A stretch of DNA of 32,630 nucleotides from a virus (taxonomy: Duplodnaviria > Caudoviricetes). Location: positions 1-32,630 of IMG/VR virus record IMGVR_UViG_3300020045_007716. One strand, given 5' to 3'. The notes below the pieces were generated by a model. The model was given only the letters and a program-made list of their open reading frames with translations. It was not told where the DNA came from and ran no database searches. Shown here piece by piece: positions 18,676 to 25,657 of this stretch. Made by a program: the position numbers and the translations under genes. Every line of letters starts with the position of its first letter. Positions within the stretch are counted from its first letter, which is position 1.

Positions 18676-19970
18676 TTTCGCACCCTTGCTTTTGTTTGTT
18701 GTTTTTGAATATGCGGCTCCTCGTACACAATAGCCATCATGCCAATGGCATCACAGCTATGAGACGAAAAGTCATGGTCAACGCCAAGGCCGATATTCCT
18801 TACTTCGTCCCGTTTTTCGTGATAGCAATCCAGCGCCGAAACTAGCCCTATAGTCGTAGCTTCATTAATCCATAGCGACCCAAATAAATTACGTAACGCC
18901 TCAATACGTGCGATAGCTGCGCCTTTGCCCTGATTTTTTACGACAGTAACATCATACCCGGCATGAGATAACGCTGACTCATAGCTTACATCGTAAACCT
19001 TATCATGAGTTACACCGTCGTGAGGCAACCATATTTGAGCGCGATCAGGTGTATAGCCACGCGATCTTAGCCAATTTAAATGTACGCCAATTGGCTGGCC
19101 TTGCGCCTCGTAATGATCGATAACACGTATTTCGCGTCCAATGAATTGAGCCGCAACAAATACAAAATTATCTGATTTGGCACCTGTGCCGCCAATATCG
19201 GCAAATAATCGTATTTCCATCAACGGATCTGACGAAACATTGCCTAGCCGCCCCTGCTTTCGAAGTTCAGCCATTTCATTAGCGTAATAAGCACCCTCAA
19301 CAACACGCTTATAATCACCTTCCCATATATGATTATAGCTCTCTGGCCGTTTGGACATATCCTCAAGCCGAGCCTCATTGAGCACTGACGGAAATTTTGG
19401 GTTATCTCGCCAGTTTATTTCAACTATTTTGCAATTTTCCGGCGTATGCTCTCTAAACCGTTGATTGGTTGCTGATGTTTGCTGGCATGGATTCCAGGTA
19501 ATCCATAGCTCTGAACTTTCCTCACGCACCGTTGGAATGATCACCGACCACGCGGATTCCGTGACCTGCTCTGCTTCATCGATCCACAATATGTGGATTT
19601 TCGATTTTGATTTGACCGATTCTAAATTATGCCGTAAACCAATGAAAACGAAATTGATATTGCCATTTTTTGTGCGAATGTAGTTATTTCCAATTTCATA
19701 CCGATCATTGAGCCATTTTTCTGACTGTATTGCGTTTTTAATTTCTATAAATGAAGAATCTGACAATGAATTCATAAACTCGCGCCCGCTTACAATAATT
19801 CCCTTCTCATTAGCCTGGGCCAGTATCGCGCCTTGTACTGCGATCATGATGGCGAATGATCTGGTTTTGCCGCTACCGCGCCCCCCATACGCGCATCGAT
19901 ACCTGGCTGGGCCAGTAAAAACCGGTATCAATTTAGCTGGGATAGCTATTTGCGGGACTAATTCGGCCAT
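18660..19970 (-). CDS. terL: Terminase large subunit (PBSX-like)
   Basis: Walker A GGRGSGKT, Walker B WIDEAE, IIPTVR..WITWNP; nuclease motifs DIG, LPHD and HD..SH.CD. Confidence 0.95.
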   Translation of the reverse strand: MAELVPQIAIPAKLIPVFTGPARYRCAYGGRGSGKTRSFAIMIAVQGAILAQANEKGIIVSGREFMNSLSDSSFIEIKNAIQSEKWLNDRYEIGNNYIRTKNGNINFVFIGLRHNLESVKSKSKIHILWIDEAEQVTESAWSVIIPTVREESSELWITWNPCQQTSATNQRFREHTPENCKIVEINWRDNPKFPSVLNEARLEDMSKRPESYNHIWEGDYKRVVEGAYYANEMAELRKQGRLGNVSSDPLMEIRLFADIGGTGAKSDNFVFVAAQFIGREIRVIDHYEAQGQPIGVHLNWLRSRGYTPDRAQIWLPHDGVTHDKVYDVSYESALSHAGYDVTVVKNQGKGAAIARIEALRNLFGSLWINEATTIGLVSALDCYHEKRDEVRNIGLGVDHDFSSHSCDAIGMMAIVYEEPHIQKQQTKARVRNWKTI

Positions 19971-19973
19971 ATA

Positions 19974-20477
19974 TCAAGCTAATGGAATTATTTCTATACG
20001 GGTCAGTTTTTGGCTATCCTGGTCTGCTGCGCCATTGGCATTGTCATTGATTCCAAGATTACGGCGACGCAGGTTAATGATTTTTTCCGATATATCAACT
20101 ATGTTTTTAACGATCCTTGCTTTCTCACCCGTTGATTCCTCGCACATTAAAAACTCTTTGTTAAGCATATCCCTCATACCAACAAGGACTTGTATTTCCT
20201 TTGATTCTTGCTCTAAACATTCAGACTGTTTCTGCGCTATGGTAAGTATTAGTTCCGCTTCGTTAAGTTTGGTAAGTAATGTTAAGTTCTTGGCATTATA
20301 TAATTCCGTCGTTTTCTGCTTGATCTTTTCCGACAAATCCCTTGTCCATTCAAACTTATCCGCCCTTTGCTTTATAGCAACATGCGATATGCCATAAATA
20401 TCCGCCATTTCCCTAAGGGTTTTTGCCCCTATCCTGTAATCCCTTTCAACTGCCTCCCAATCAACTTTCTTAGCCAT
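19974..20477 (-). CDS. terS: Terminase small subunit
   Basis: HTH DWEAVERDYR.G..TLREMA..YGISH.AI..RA....W, immediately upstream of terL. Confidence 0.85.
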   Translation of the reverse strand: MAKKVDWEAVERDYRIGAKTLREMADIYGISHVAIKQRADKFEWTRDLSEKIKQKTTELYNAKNLTLLTKLNEAELILTIAQKQSECLEQESKEIQVLVGMRDMLNKEFLMCEESTGEKARIVKNIVDISEKIINLRRRNLGINDNANGAADQDSQKLTRIEIIPLA

Positions 20478-20640
20478 ACTTGTATTCCTTCTTTAATTCC
20501 CGATCCTGAAATAATGCGATAAAATCCAAATCTACATCATCCACAATAATATAAAAATGTTTAATTAAACAAACATCATTATACACAAAAATCAATATAT
20601 TTTCTTATCACCCGCAATCATTGCACCGTTATTCCAATGC

Positions 20641-20856
20641 TGTCAATATTTTTTACAAACGTAACTTACTGATTATATTGATAACTAACTATCTCATGCA
20701 ACATATAGTATACATGCGCTTAATATAACACAAGAATACTGTCAGGATTTTTTACAACTATAAGTTATTGATATTTCGTTTGTTTGTTTTTTACCTACTA
20801 CATATAGTATCCATGTAGCCGATCACATACTAGCGAGGTGTCAGGATTCTTTACAA
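20641..20856. repeat. Degenerate 99-bp-period tandem repeat (about 2.2 units)
   Basis: TGTCAR(T/G)ATTYTTTACAA at 20641, 20740 and 20839; ACATATAGTAT(A/C)CATG at 20701 and 20800. Confidence 0.85.
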
Positions 20857-20929
20857 TTTATGGCATTTAACCTGCCACGAAATGACAGATATTTTTTATC
20901 TTATTGATTTATATATTTTTATAATTAGT

Positions 20930-20945
20930 TGGCATTAGTAATGCA
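20930..20945 (+). promoter_or_regulatory. Sigma54-type -24/-12 promoter candidate
   Basis: TGGCATTAGTAATGCA has GG-N10-GC spacing; IHF-like TATCTTATTGATT about 30 bp upstream. Confidence 0.6.
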
Positions 20946-20987
20946 ATATACTAAGTGAAAGCAACTTTTAACTACACGGAGACGAAA

Positions 20988-21197
20988 ATGAACGACTATT
21001 CGGGATTAGAAACTTCTAACGAAATAATTTTAGCACTTGAGGAGCGGTATTCAGGCAAAGCATGCGATGAAGGCTCTGAATCCAATTGCGAATGGGCTGA
21101 TCCTAGCGACATGTCTGGAATTATTGCGCGGGCATGGGATCTTGCCGAACCTGAAACAAATAAACTGTTTTGGGGGGTGGAGTCATTCGAGAAATGA
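20988..21197 (+). CDS. Hypothetical acidic early protein
   Basis: GGAG RBS before MNDYSG. Confidence 0.6.
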   Translation: MNDYSGLETSNEIILALEERYSGKACDEGSESNCEWADPSDMSGIIARAWDLAEPETNKLFWGVESFEK

Positions 21198-21406
21198 AAC
21201 CAAAACTGTACGAAACAAAAATCAATGACGTCGGCCTAGTCATTCAATACAGCATGGATGCGGATGAATACGGGCCATTTTGTAACCTGATTAAAATTAC
21301 TGCAAATGATTCTGAAATCGACATTATGGATATATTAGACGATTTCGTTAAAATTGAAATCGAGGGGGCAATCGAGAAACAAGAAAAAACATGGAGGATA
21401 AAATGA
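21194..21406 (+). CDS. Hypothetical protein
   Basis: MKPKLYET..., ATGA-coupled. Confidence 0.6.
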   Translation: MKPKLYETKINDVGLVIQYSMDADEYGPFCNLIKITANDSEIDIMDILDDFVKIEIEGAIEKQEKTWRIK

Positions 21407-21549
21407 GATATTCAATAATCGCATATAAAGCTGTCAACGGATTAATTATAAAAGTCTGGTCAGCGGCCAATCTGACAGAAAAAGATATGCTCGAACTGAC
21501 TACCGGATCACCCTATATGATAGTAGTTGAGACAATGCTACACATATAG
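21403..21549 (+). CDS. Hypothetical protein (48 aa)
   Basis: GGAGG RBS, ATGA overlap; absent from the ORF track. Confidence 0.5.
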   Translation: MRYSIIAYKAVNGLIIKVWSAANLTEKDMLELTTGSPYMIVVETMLHI

Positions 21550-21578
21550 ATATTATAACACATTTGGAGTTAATAAAA

Positions 21579-21748
21579 TGAACCAAATCTATTTTTCAGC
21601 GCACCAGGTCGAAAAAGCCCGCCGTGCTACATTGGCCGCTCAAGAGTCTGAAATCGCCGCGTATGAACGCCGTGGCGCGTGGTATTTAGTCGGGATGGTT
21701 TTTGTTTCGGCTGTTATAACGATTACATTGATTGGATTTTTTAGTTAA
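21579..21748 (+). CDS. Small membrane protein
   Basis: GGAG RBS, MNQIYF..., C-terminal transmembrane helix; start coordinate approximate. Confidence 0.55.
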
Positions 21749-21760
21749 ACACCGTTGCCG

Positions 21761-21896
21761 GCGCGGTCATGTGTGCCGGATGCAGCCCAGCGGATTATGG
21801 CGGCATCATAGTAAAAATAACCGCGCACCATTGGCCGGGACATCCTGGATTAGTGCTCCAGGCATTCATAAATGAGCCTCCGACCCGGCGCAATGG
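21761..21896 (+). ncRNA. Candidate structured RNA
   Basis: GC-rich intergenic stretch with nested stems GCGCGGT/ACCGCGC, CCATTG-GCCGGG/CCCGGC-CAATGG and CCTGGA/TCCAGG. Confidence 0.35.
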
Positions 21897-21927
21897 AACC
21901 TATTTTACTATTTATCGAGGTAACAAA

Positions 21928-22062
21928 ATGAACGATGAAACAGAATGCTGCCTATGCGGCGAAACAATTGAAAATGGCAGTTATTGCGAGGATTGCCGGG
22001 ATTCTGGAGACCTGGAAGATATTTTGGAGGAATTATTCGGCACGGAATGCTTAGCCAATTAA
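21928..22062 (+). CDS. Small Zn-finger protein
   Basis: GAGG RBS, MNDETECCLCG..YCEDC. Confidence 0.55.
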   Translation: MNDETECCLCGETIENGSYCEDCRDSGDLEDILEELFGTECLAN

Positions 22063-22072
22063 GGGGGATTAA

Positions 22073-22504
22073 ATGCTAATATCAATGCGACAATTTGCAC
22101 GCATGGCCGGTATTAACCGGTACAGATTAGAGGTGATCTATGATATGCGACTGGTAGAGGGATTGCCGGATAGATTCAAAGGGGACTGGCGAGGATACAA
22201 AGTTTTTGATGACCTCGCCCAAGAATTTCTTGCAAAAAATGATCTCAAAACAGTTCGAACCACTTTTTACAAAAAACGCAATCCGAAGCCGAAAAAATCC
22301 AAATATACACCCAGTATGCTATTTTTGGCGTCTATGGTAGATCGAACATATCAACCAAAACCACACGAGCCAGTAACACCCTATCGAGAAACGCTCGAGG
22401 AGCTACACACAGAATATAATTCCGTGGTCAACACGGTAGATGGGTTTTCAACGTATAGCGGCGAATTTAAGGCTCCACCAACGCAAACTTTTAATTACTC
22501 ATGA
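22073..22504 (+). CDS. Hypothetical protein, possible N-terminal HTH
   Basis: LISMRQFARMAGINR. Confidence 0.6.
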   Translation: MLISMRQFARMAGINRYRLEVIYDMRLVEGLPDRFKGDWRGYKVFDDLAQEFLAKNDLKTVRTTFYKKRNPKPKKSKYTPSMLFLASMVDRTYQPKPHEPVTPYRETLEELHTEYNSVVNTVDGFSTYSGEFKAPPTQTFNYS

Positions 22505-22662
22505 AATCGGCATTAGTACGTGACGCGGAATGGTTGATAGAAAATGGCCTGAATAATATTGATCCGGCTAGGTTTTGCGACTGGGTGACCAGGCTGTGGC
22601 ATGACGGAATGTCGGAAAATGAGGCAAGGCTTTTTGTTTTGGAGGAAATGGTCAATGAGTAA
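22501..22662 (+). CDS. Hypothetical protein (53 aa)
   Basis: MKSALVRDAEW...; ATGA-coupled; absent from the ORF track. Confidence 0.55.
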   Translation: MKSALVRDAEWLIENGLNNIDPARFCDWVTRLWHDGMSENEARLFVLEEMVNE

Positions 22663-23068
22663 GAATTTAACAATGTGTAATAACAGTACATTAGACGCGA
22701 TGGTGACGGCATTATCTGTTTTGAGTAAAATATATTCGTCATCATCAGTCGATGATTATGGCAATGTAGTCATTGGTGTGAATTCGTATCCGGATTTTTT
22801 AAAAAAAATTGTGGTGGAGATGGAGAAGCTAAAGAGAATCATTGCGTCTTCGTTGCTAACCGGGCGCGGCCCTGCGAATGAACAAAACTCTCCCGCTGTT
22901 GCGGGTCCGGTTGAGCGCCGGGTTAGGCGTGAATTAACCGCAGAGCAGATATTAAAAGCCATCTACGCTTATGGATATACTGCCGACGACATAGTAAATA
23001 TTGGGATGGATGTCATCGTCGATATAACAACAGCAGTAGAACAAGCGCATGGAATATCAGGCGCCTAA
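22655..23068 (+). CDS. Hypothetical fusion protein that reads through an eroded attC-like site
   Basis: GGAGG RBS before MSKNLT; internal LTGRG...GPVERRVRR is encoded by site A; stop codon lies in site B. Confidence 0.6.
   Translation: MSKNLTMCNNSTLDAMVTALSVLSKIYSSSSVDDYGNVVIGVNSYPDFLKKIVVEMEKLKRIIASSLLTGRGPANEQNSPAVAGPVERRVRRELTAEQILKAIYAYGYTADDIVNIGMDVIVDITTAVEQAHGISGA
22855..22928 (-). repeat. attC-like site A (left core box lost)
   Basis: GCT-AACCGG...T-CCGGTT-G-AGC-GCCGG-GTTAGGC. Confidence 0.75.
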
Positions 23069-23149
23069 CGCAAAGCTAACCGGGCGCACTAATGACGACA
23101 ATTAAACAATACGCCGCTTCCAGCGCTCCGGTTGAGCGACAGGTTGTGC
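23063..23149 (-). repeat. attC-like site B
   Basis: GCCTAAC-N5-GCT-AACCGG-GCGC...GCGC-T-CCGGTT-G-AGC-N5-GTTGTGC. Confidence 0.85.
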
Positions 23150-23313
23150 GTGAACTTAAGCCATGCCCTTTTTGCGGCGGGCAAGCAAGGCTTTTTACTG
23201 ATGGTCTAACCACAATTATTTGTAAGGATTGCAATATGACAGTTAGCAACTTTGAGCGGTCAATAATAAAACTTACTGACCAGTGGAATAGACGAATTAG
23301 CCATGACGCATAA
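23092..23313 (+). CDS. Lar-family restriction alleviation protein (cassette B-C)
   Basis: ELKPCPFCGG...C.DC...WNRR signature. Confidence 0.8.
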   Translation: MTTIKQYAASSAPVERQVVRELKPCPFCGGQARLFTDGLTTIICKDCNMTVSNFERSIIKLTDQWNRRISHDA

Positions 23314-23393
23314 CGCAAAATTAACGCGCGCCCAGTTGGACGTTGAACGAAACCGCGATGCTGAAGGGCGTCGCGTTGAATGACGGGTTAGCC
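23308..23393 (-). repeat. attC-like site C
   Basis: GCATAAC-N5-ATT-AACGCG-CGCCC...GGGCG-T-CGCGTT-G-AAT-N5-GTTAGCC. Confidence 0.88.
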
Positions 23394-23425
23394 GTTTTAG
23401 CACTAAAAATATTTTGATTTAAGTA

Positions 23426-23453
23426 TTGACTTTAATCTAATTAGGTATATACT
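23426..23453 (+). promoter_or_regulatory. Sigma70 promoter inside cassette C-D
   Basis: TTGACT-N16-TATACT with CTAATTAG palindrome in the spacer. Confidence 0.6.
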
Positions 23454-23502
23454 ATATTCAGCGTTAAGGGATTGGCTCTTAACAATAATTGAGGATAGTA
23501 AA

Positions 23503-23820
23503 ATGAAAGCAATAAAAGTAACTTTAATACAAGATGCTTACTTAGATGATGATGGAGATTACACTGCATTAGCAATATTAAGTAAAAATGAAATTGATAA
23601 TACTGATGACGAAGAGTCAGGTTATCCGGTTAATTATGCAAAAGTGCGGTGGAATACAGTTGATGGATTTGATGGTGAAGACGAAAGCAACGCTTGTGAT
23701 TGGTCAAATCCAGAAGGCGTTAAATTTAACGGGCAATGGATAGCTGATAAATTTGAAGGTGTTAATAATTTTAAAAATATGAAATTTGAATACTTTAACA
23801 CTGACGGAAGTCGGCTTTAA
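23503..23820 (+). CDS. Acidic hypothetical protein (cassette C-D)
   Basis: GAGG RBS, 105 aa, DESNACDW motif. Confidence 0.7.
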   Translation: MKAIKVTLIQDAYLDDDGDYTALAILSKNEIDNTDDEESGYPVNYAKVRWNTVDGFDGEDESNACDWSNPEGVKFNGQWIADKFEGVNNFKNMKFEYFNTDGSRL

Positions 23821-24011
23821 TGTCAGGAGGAAAAAGGGAAGGAGCTGGCAGGAAGCCAGCTCACCCGCTTTTAAAAAAGGAAATGATAAGCCTGAAATTA
23901 CCGCGATGGTTAATTGATAGGCTTGACGAAGAACCGGAAAGCAGAGCAGTGATAATTGAAGCGGCTTTGGGCGAAAAACATGGCTGGACACCTCCGGATG
24001 TAGGCGGCTAA
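23820..24011 (+). CDS. Ribbon-helix-helix/CopG-like DNA-binding protein (cassette C-D)
   Basis: GGKREGAGRKP followed by ISLKLPRWLIDRL..SRAVIIEAAL; stop codon in site D. Confidence 0.7.
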   Translation: MSGGKREGAGRKPAHPLLKKEMISLKLPRWLIDRLDEEPESRAVIIEAALGEKHGWTPPDVGG

Positions 24012-24089
24012 CGCCTAATTAAGGCGGCGCACTTTGATTTTTAACAACACGGTGAGCTTGAAGCGCTCGCCTTGAATTAACTGTTAGGC
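24006..24089 (-). repeat. attC-like site D
   Basis: GGCTAAC-N5-ATT-AAGGCG-GCGC...GCGC-T-CGCCTT-G-AAT-N5-GTTAGGC. Confidence 0.88.
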
Positions 24090-24101
24090 ATTGGAGATAA
24101 C

Positions 24102-24404
24102 ATGAGCGGAAGAATACTAACATGCGTTTATTGCGGCCACGAATATCCGCAGGACACCCCGGCGCACGGCAGCGAAGTGCTGACCGAGCACATAAAGATT
24201 TGCGAGCGTCACCCAATGCGCAAAGCCGATGCCGATATTACTCTGCTGCGCTCTGCGCTGTCCGGATTGATCGGTGCGGACACCGAAGCCGAATTGAGGC
24301 AAATGGAAGCCGCGATGCGCCTGCTGCCAGCGCCGGATGCAGACAAGGCGGTTTCCATCAACGCGATTCATGCGCTGCTGGCGACTATGCCGCCTAACGC
24401 TTAG
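24102..24404 (+). CDS. Zn-binding hypothetical protein (cassette D-E)
   Basis: GGAG RBS; CVYC...H...C..HP; visibly GC-richer than its neighbours; ends PPNA* across site E. Confidence 0.75.
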   Translation: MSGRILTCVYCGHEYPQDTPAHGSEVLTEHIKICERHPMRKADADITLLRSALSGLIGADTEAELRQMEAAMRLLPAPDADKAVSINAIHALLATMPPNA

Positions 24405-24428
24405 ATATACACCCAATAGGTGTATAAC
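24392..24428 (-). other. Terminal site E of array 1 (attI-like or degenerate attC)
   Basis: GCCTAAC-N5 followed by short palindrome TATACACC-CAATA-GGTGTATA; no right GTT box. Confidence 0.5.
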
Positions 24429-24458
24429 AAATTATTATGTTTTTTGTACTGGATCAAA

Positions 24459-24683
24459 ATGAATGAAATAGTCACTTGCGGCCAATGCCGTCATTTTATC
24501 CGGCCTGAACCCAGATTCGAACCGAACAGCATGGGCGCTTGTAGTCTTTATGACGACTGGAAAGCCAAATGGGGCGGTAAAACTATCCCCATTCAGGCCG
24601 ATAATCGGGTTAATGCTGAGCTGGGGAACAAGATGTTTTTTACGGATATTGAGCGGTATTGTAAAAAATTTGTTGCAAAATAA
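24459..24683 (+). CDS. Cys-containing hypothetical protein
   Basis: MNEIVTCGQCRHF...GAC...RYC..F. Confidence 0.65.
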   Translation: MNEIVTCGQCRHFIRPEPRFEPNSMGACSLYDDWKAKWGGKTIPIQADNRVNAELGNKMFFTDIERYCKKFVAK

Positions 24684-24708
24684 AAAAATGCTATATAATA
24701 AAATCATT

Positions 24709-24799
24709 CCGGGCTGGTAACCTGGAGTGCCTGTGGGAGTTGATAGAGAGTATCAACAGTTTTTTAGGTCTCACGGGCCCCTAAAAGACTACCAAGCCC
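24709..24799 (+). ncRNA. Candidate small structured RNA
   Basis: Nested stems GGGCTGGTA/TACCAAGCCC, GCCTGTGGGA/TCTCACGGGC and GTTGATA/TATCAAC; TATAAT upstream and terminator downstream. Confidence 0.4.
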
Positions 24800-24820
24800 A
24801 TAGTACACAATCAAATTACT

Positions 24821-24859
24821 AAAAAGGCTTGGTTATCGAAAGATTCCAGGCCTTTTTTT
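24821..24859 (+). terminator. Intrinsic terminator, possibly bidirectional
   Basis: AAAAAGGCTTGG...CCAGGCCTTTTTTT. Confidence 0.7.
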
Positions 24860-25301
24860 ATGCCTTAAATTCTTCAATTCAGACTTGGAAATTTTAAAAT
24901 AAAAAACTCAGCAAACTTCAGGGGTAACCGGGTTCGGTGCTGGGTGATAGCCGGGAAGAATGAGCAAGCCCGGGGCGTTGGGGAAAAGGGTGAAAATATT
25001 TTACTGAGTATCATGAAAATTCTGGCCGCCCCCTTAATTGTAGGGTCGGAACACACAGAAAAGATGTTTGTAGTGGATAGTAAAAAAGATTACACCTAGG
25101 CTAGAACGCGCTTGGACTCCGAACATGGGGGGTTTAAGTCTGGCCAGTATGAGCGTAACCATTATCAGCGACTCATGCCTTGTGATATGACGACTAAAGT
25201 CCTATTGCCTGTATTTCCGAGGTGGAAAGCTACAATAATATTGTGCTTCCGCCTTGGGATAAATTTGCTTGCTCAAATCTAACACAGAACCTTTGCCTAT
25301 C

Positions 25302-25499
25302 ATGAAAAGAAGCTATCAAGTCATAGAAAAACCAAGAACATTCAAGAAAAAAAACAGGGTTTGGTTGACAGTCCCATACGAAGAAAAAGACATTGTCAAA
25401 AGTTTAGGTGCAAAATGGGACTCAAAAAAGAAAAAATGGTATGCAGGCGACATGCAAACAGAGAAACAAGTTCAGAAATGGATCCCATATCAACCATAA
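25302..25499 (+). CDS. DUF5710-like domain protein
   Basis: WLTVPYEEKD.VK.LGAKWD..KKKWY. Confidence 0.75.
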   Translation: MKRSYQVIEKPRTFKKKNRVWLTVPYEEKDIVKSLGAKWDSKKKKWYAGDMQTEKQVQKWIPYQP

Positions 25500-25504
25500 A
25501 TTAT

Positions 25505-25657
25505 ATGATCCCACAACCAAACACACCCGCCCACAAAGCTTATCAGAAAGGGATTGAGGCTAAAAAACAAGGACTGCCAGAAAAAGCAAACCCATACATA
25601 CTCGGAAAAGTAGCTGCGTTGTCTTGTTGGTGGCTATTAGGATATAAATCATGCTAA
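25505..25657 (+). CDS. Rmf/CrpP-fold small protein
   Basis: AYQKG.EA...G......NPY........W.LGY pattern, as in the ribosome modulation factor fold. Confidence 0.6.
   Translation: MIPQPNTPAHKAYQKGIEAKKQGLPEKANPYILGKVAALSCWWLLGYKSC

Noticed and set aside
19708-20397. 229-aa plus-strand ORF and the many other ORFs antisense to the structural genes
   Set aside because: Shadow frames of well-supported genes, with no recognisable motifs.
20641-20856. Mini-CRISPR
   Set aside because: The roughly 80-bp intervals are themselves partly homologous, the repeats are only 18 bp, and there are no cas genes.
21769-21927. N-terminal extension of the 21769..22062 ORF
   Set aside because: A better RBS precedes the ATG at 21928, and the upstream part looks like structured non-coding sequence.
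22855-24428. CRISPR array, REP or terminator interpretation of the hairpins
   Set aside because: The repeats covary instead of being identical, the intervals are whole genes, there are no U-tracts, and the bulges and cross-site box pairing are attC-specific.
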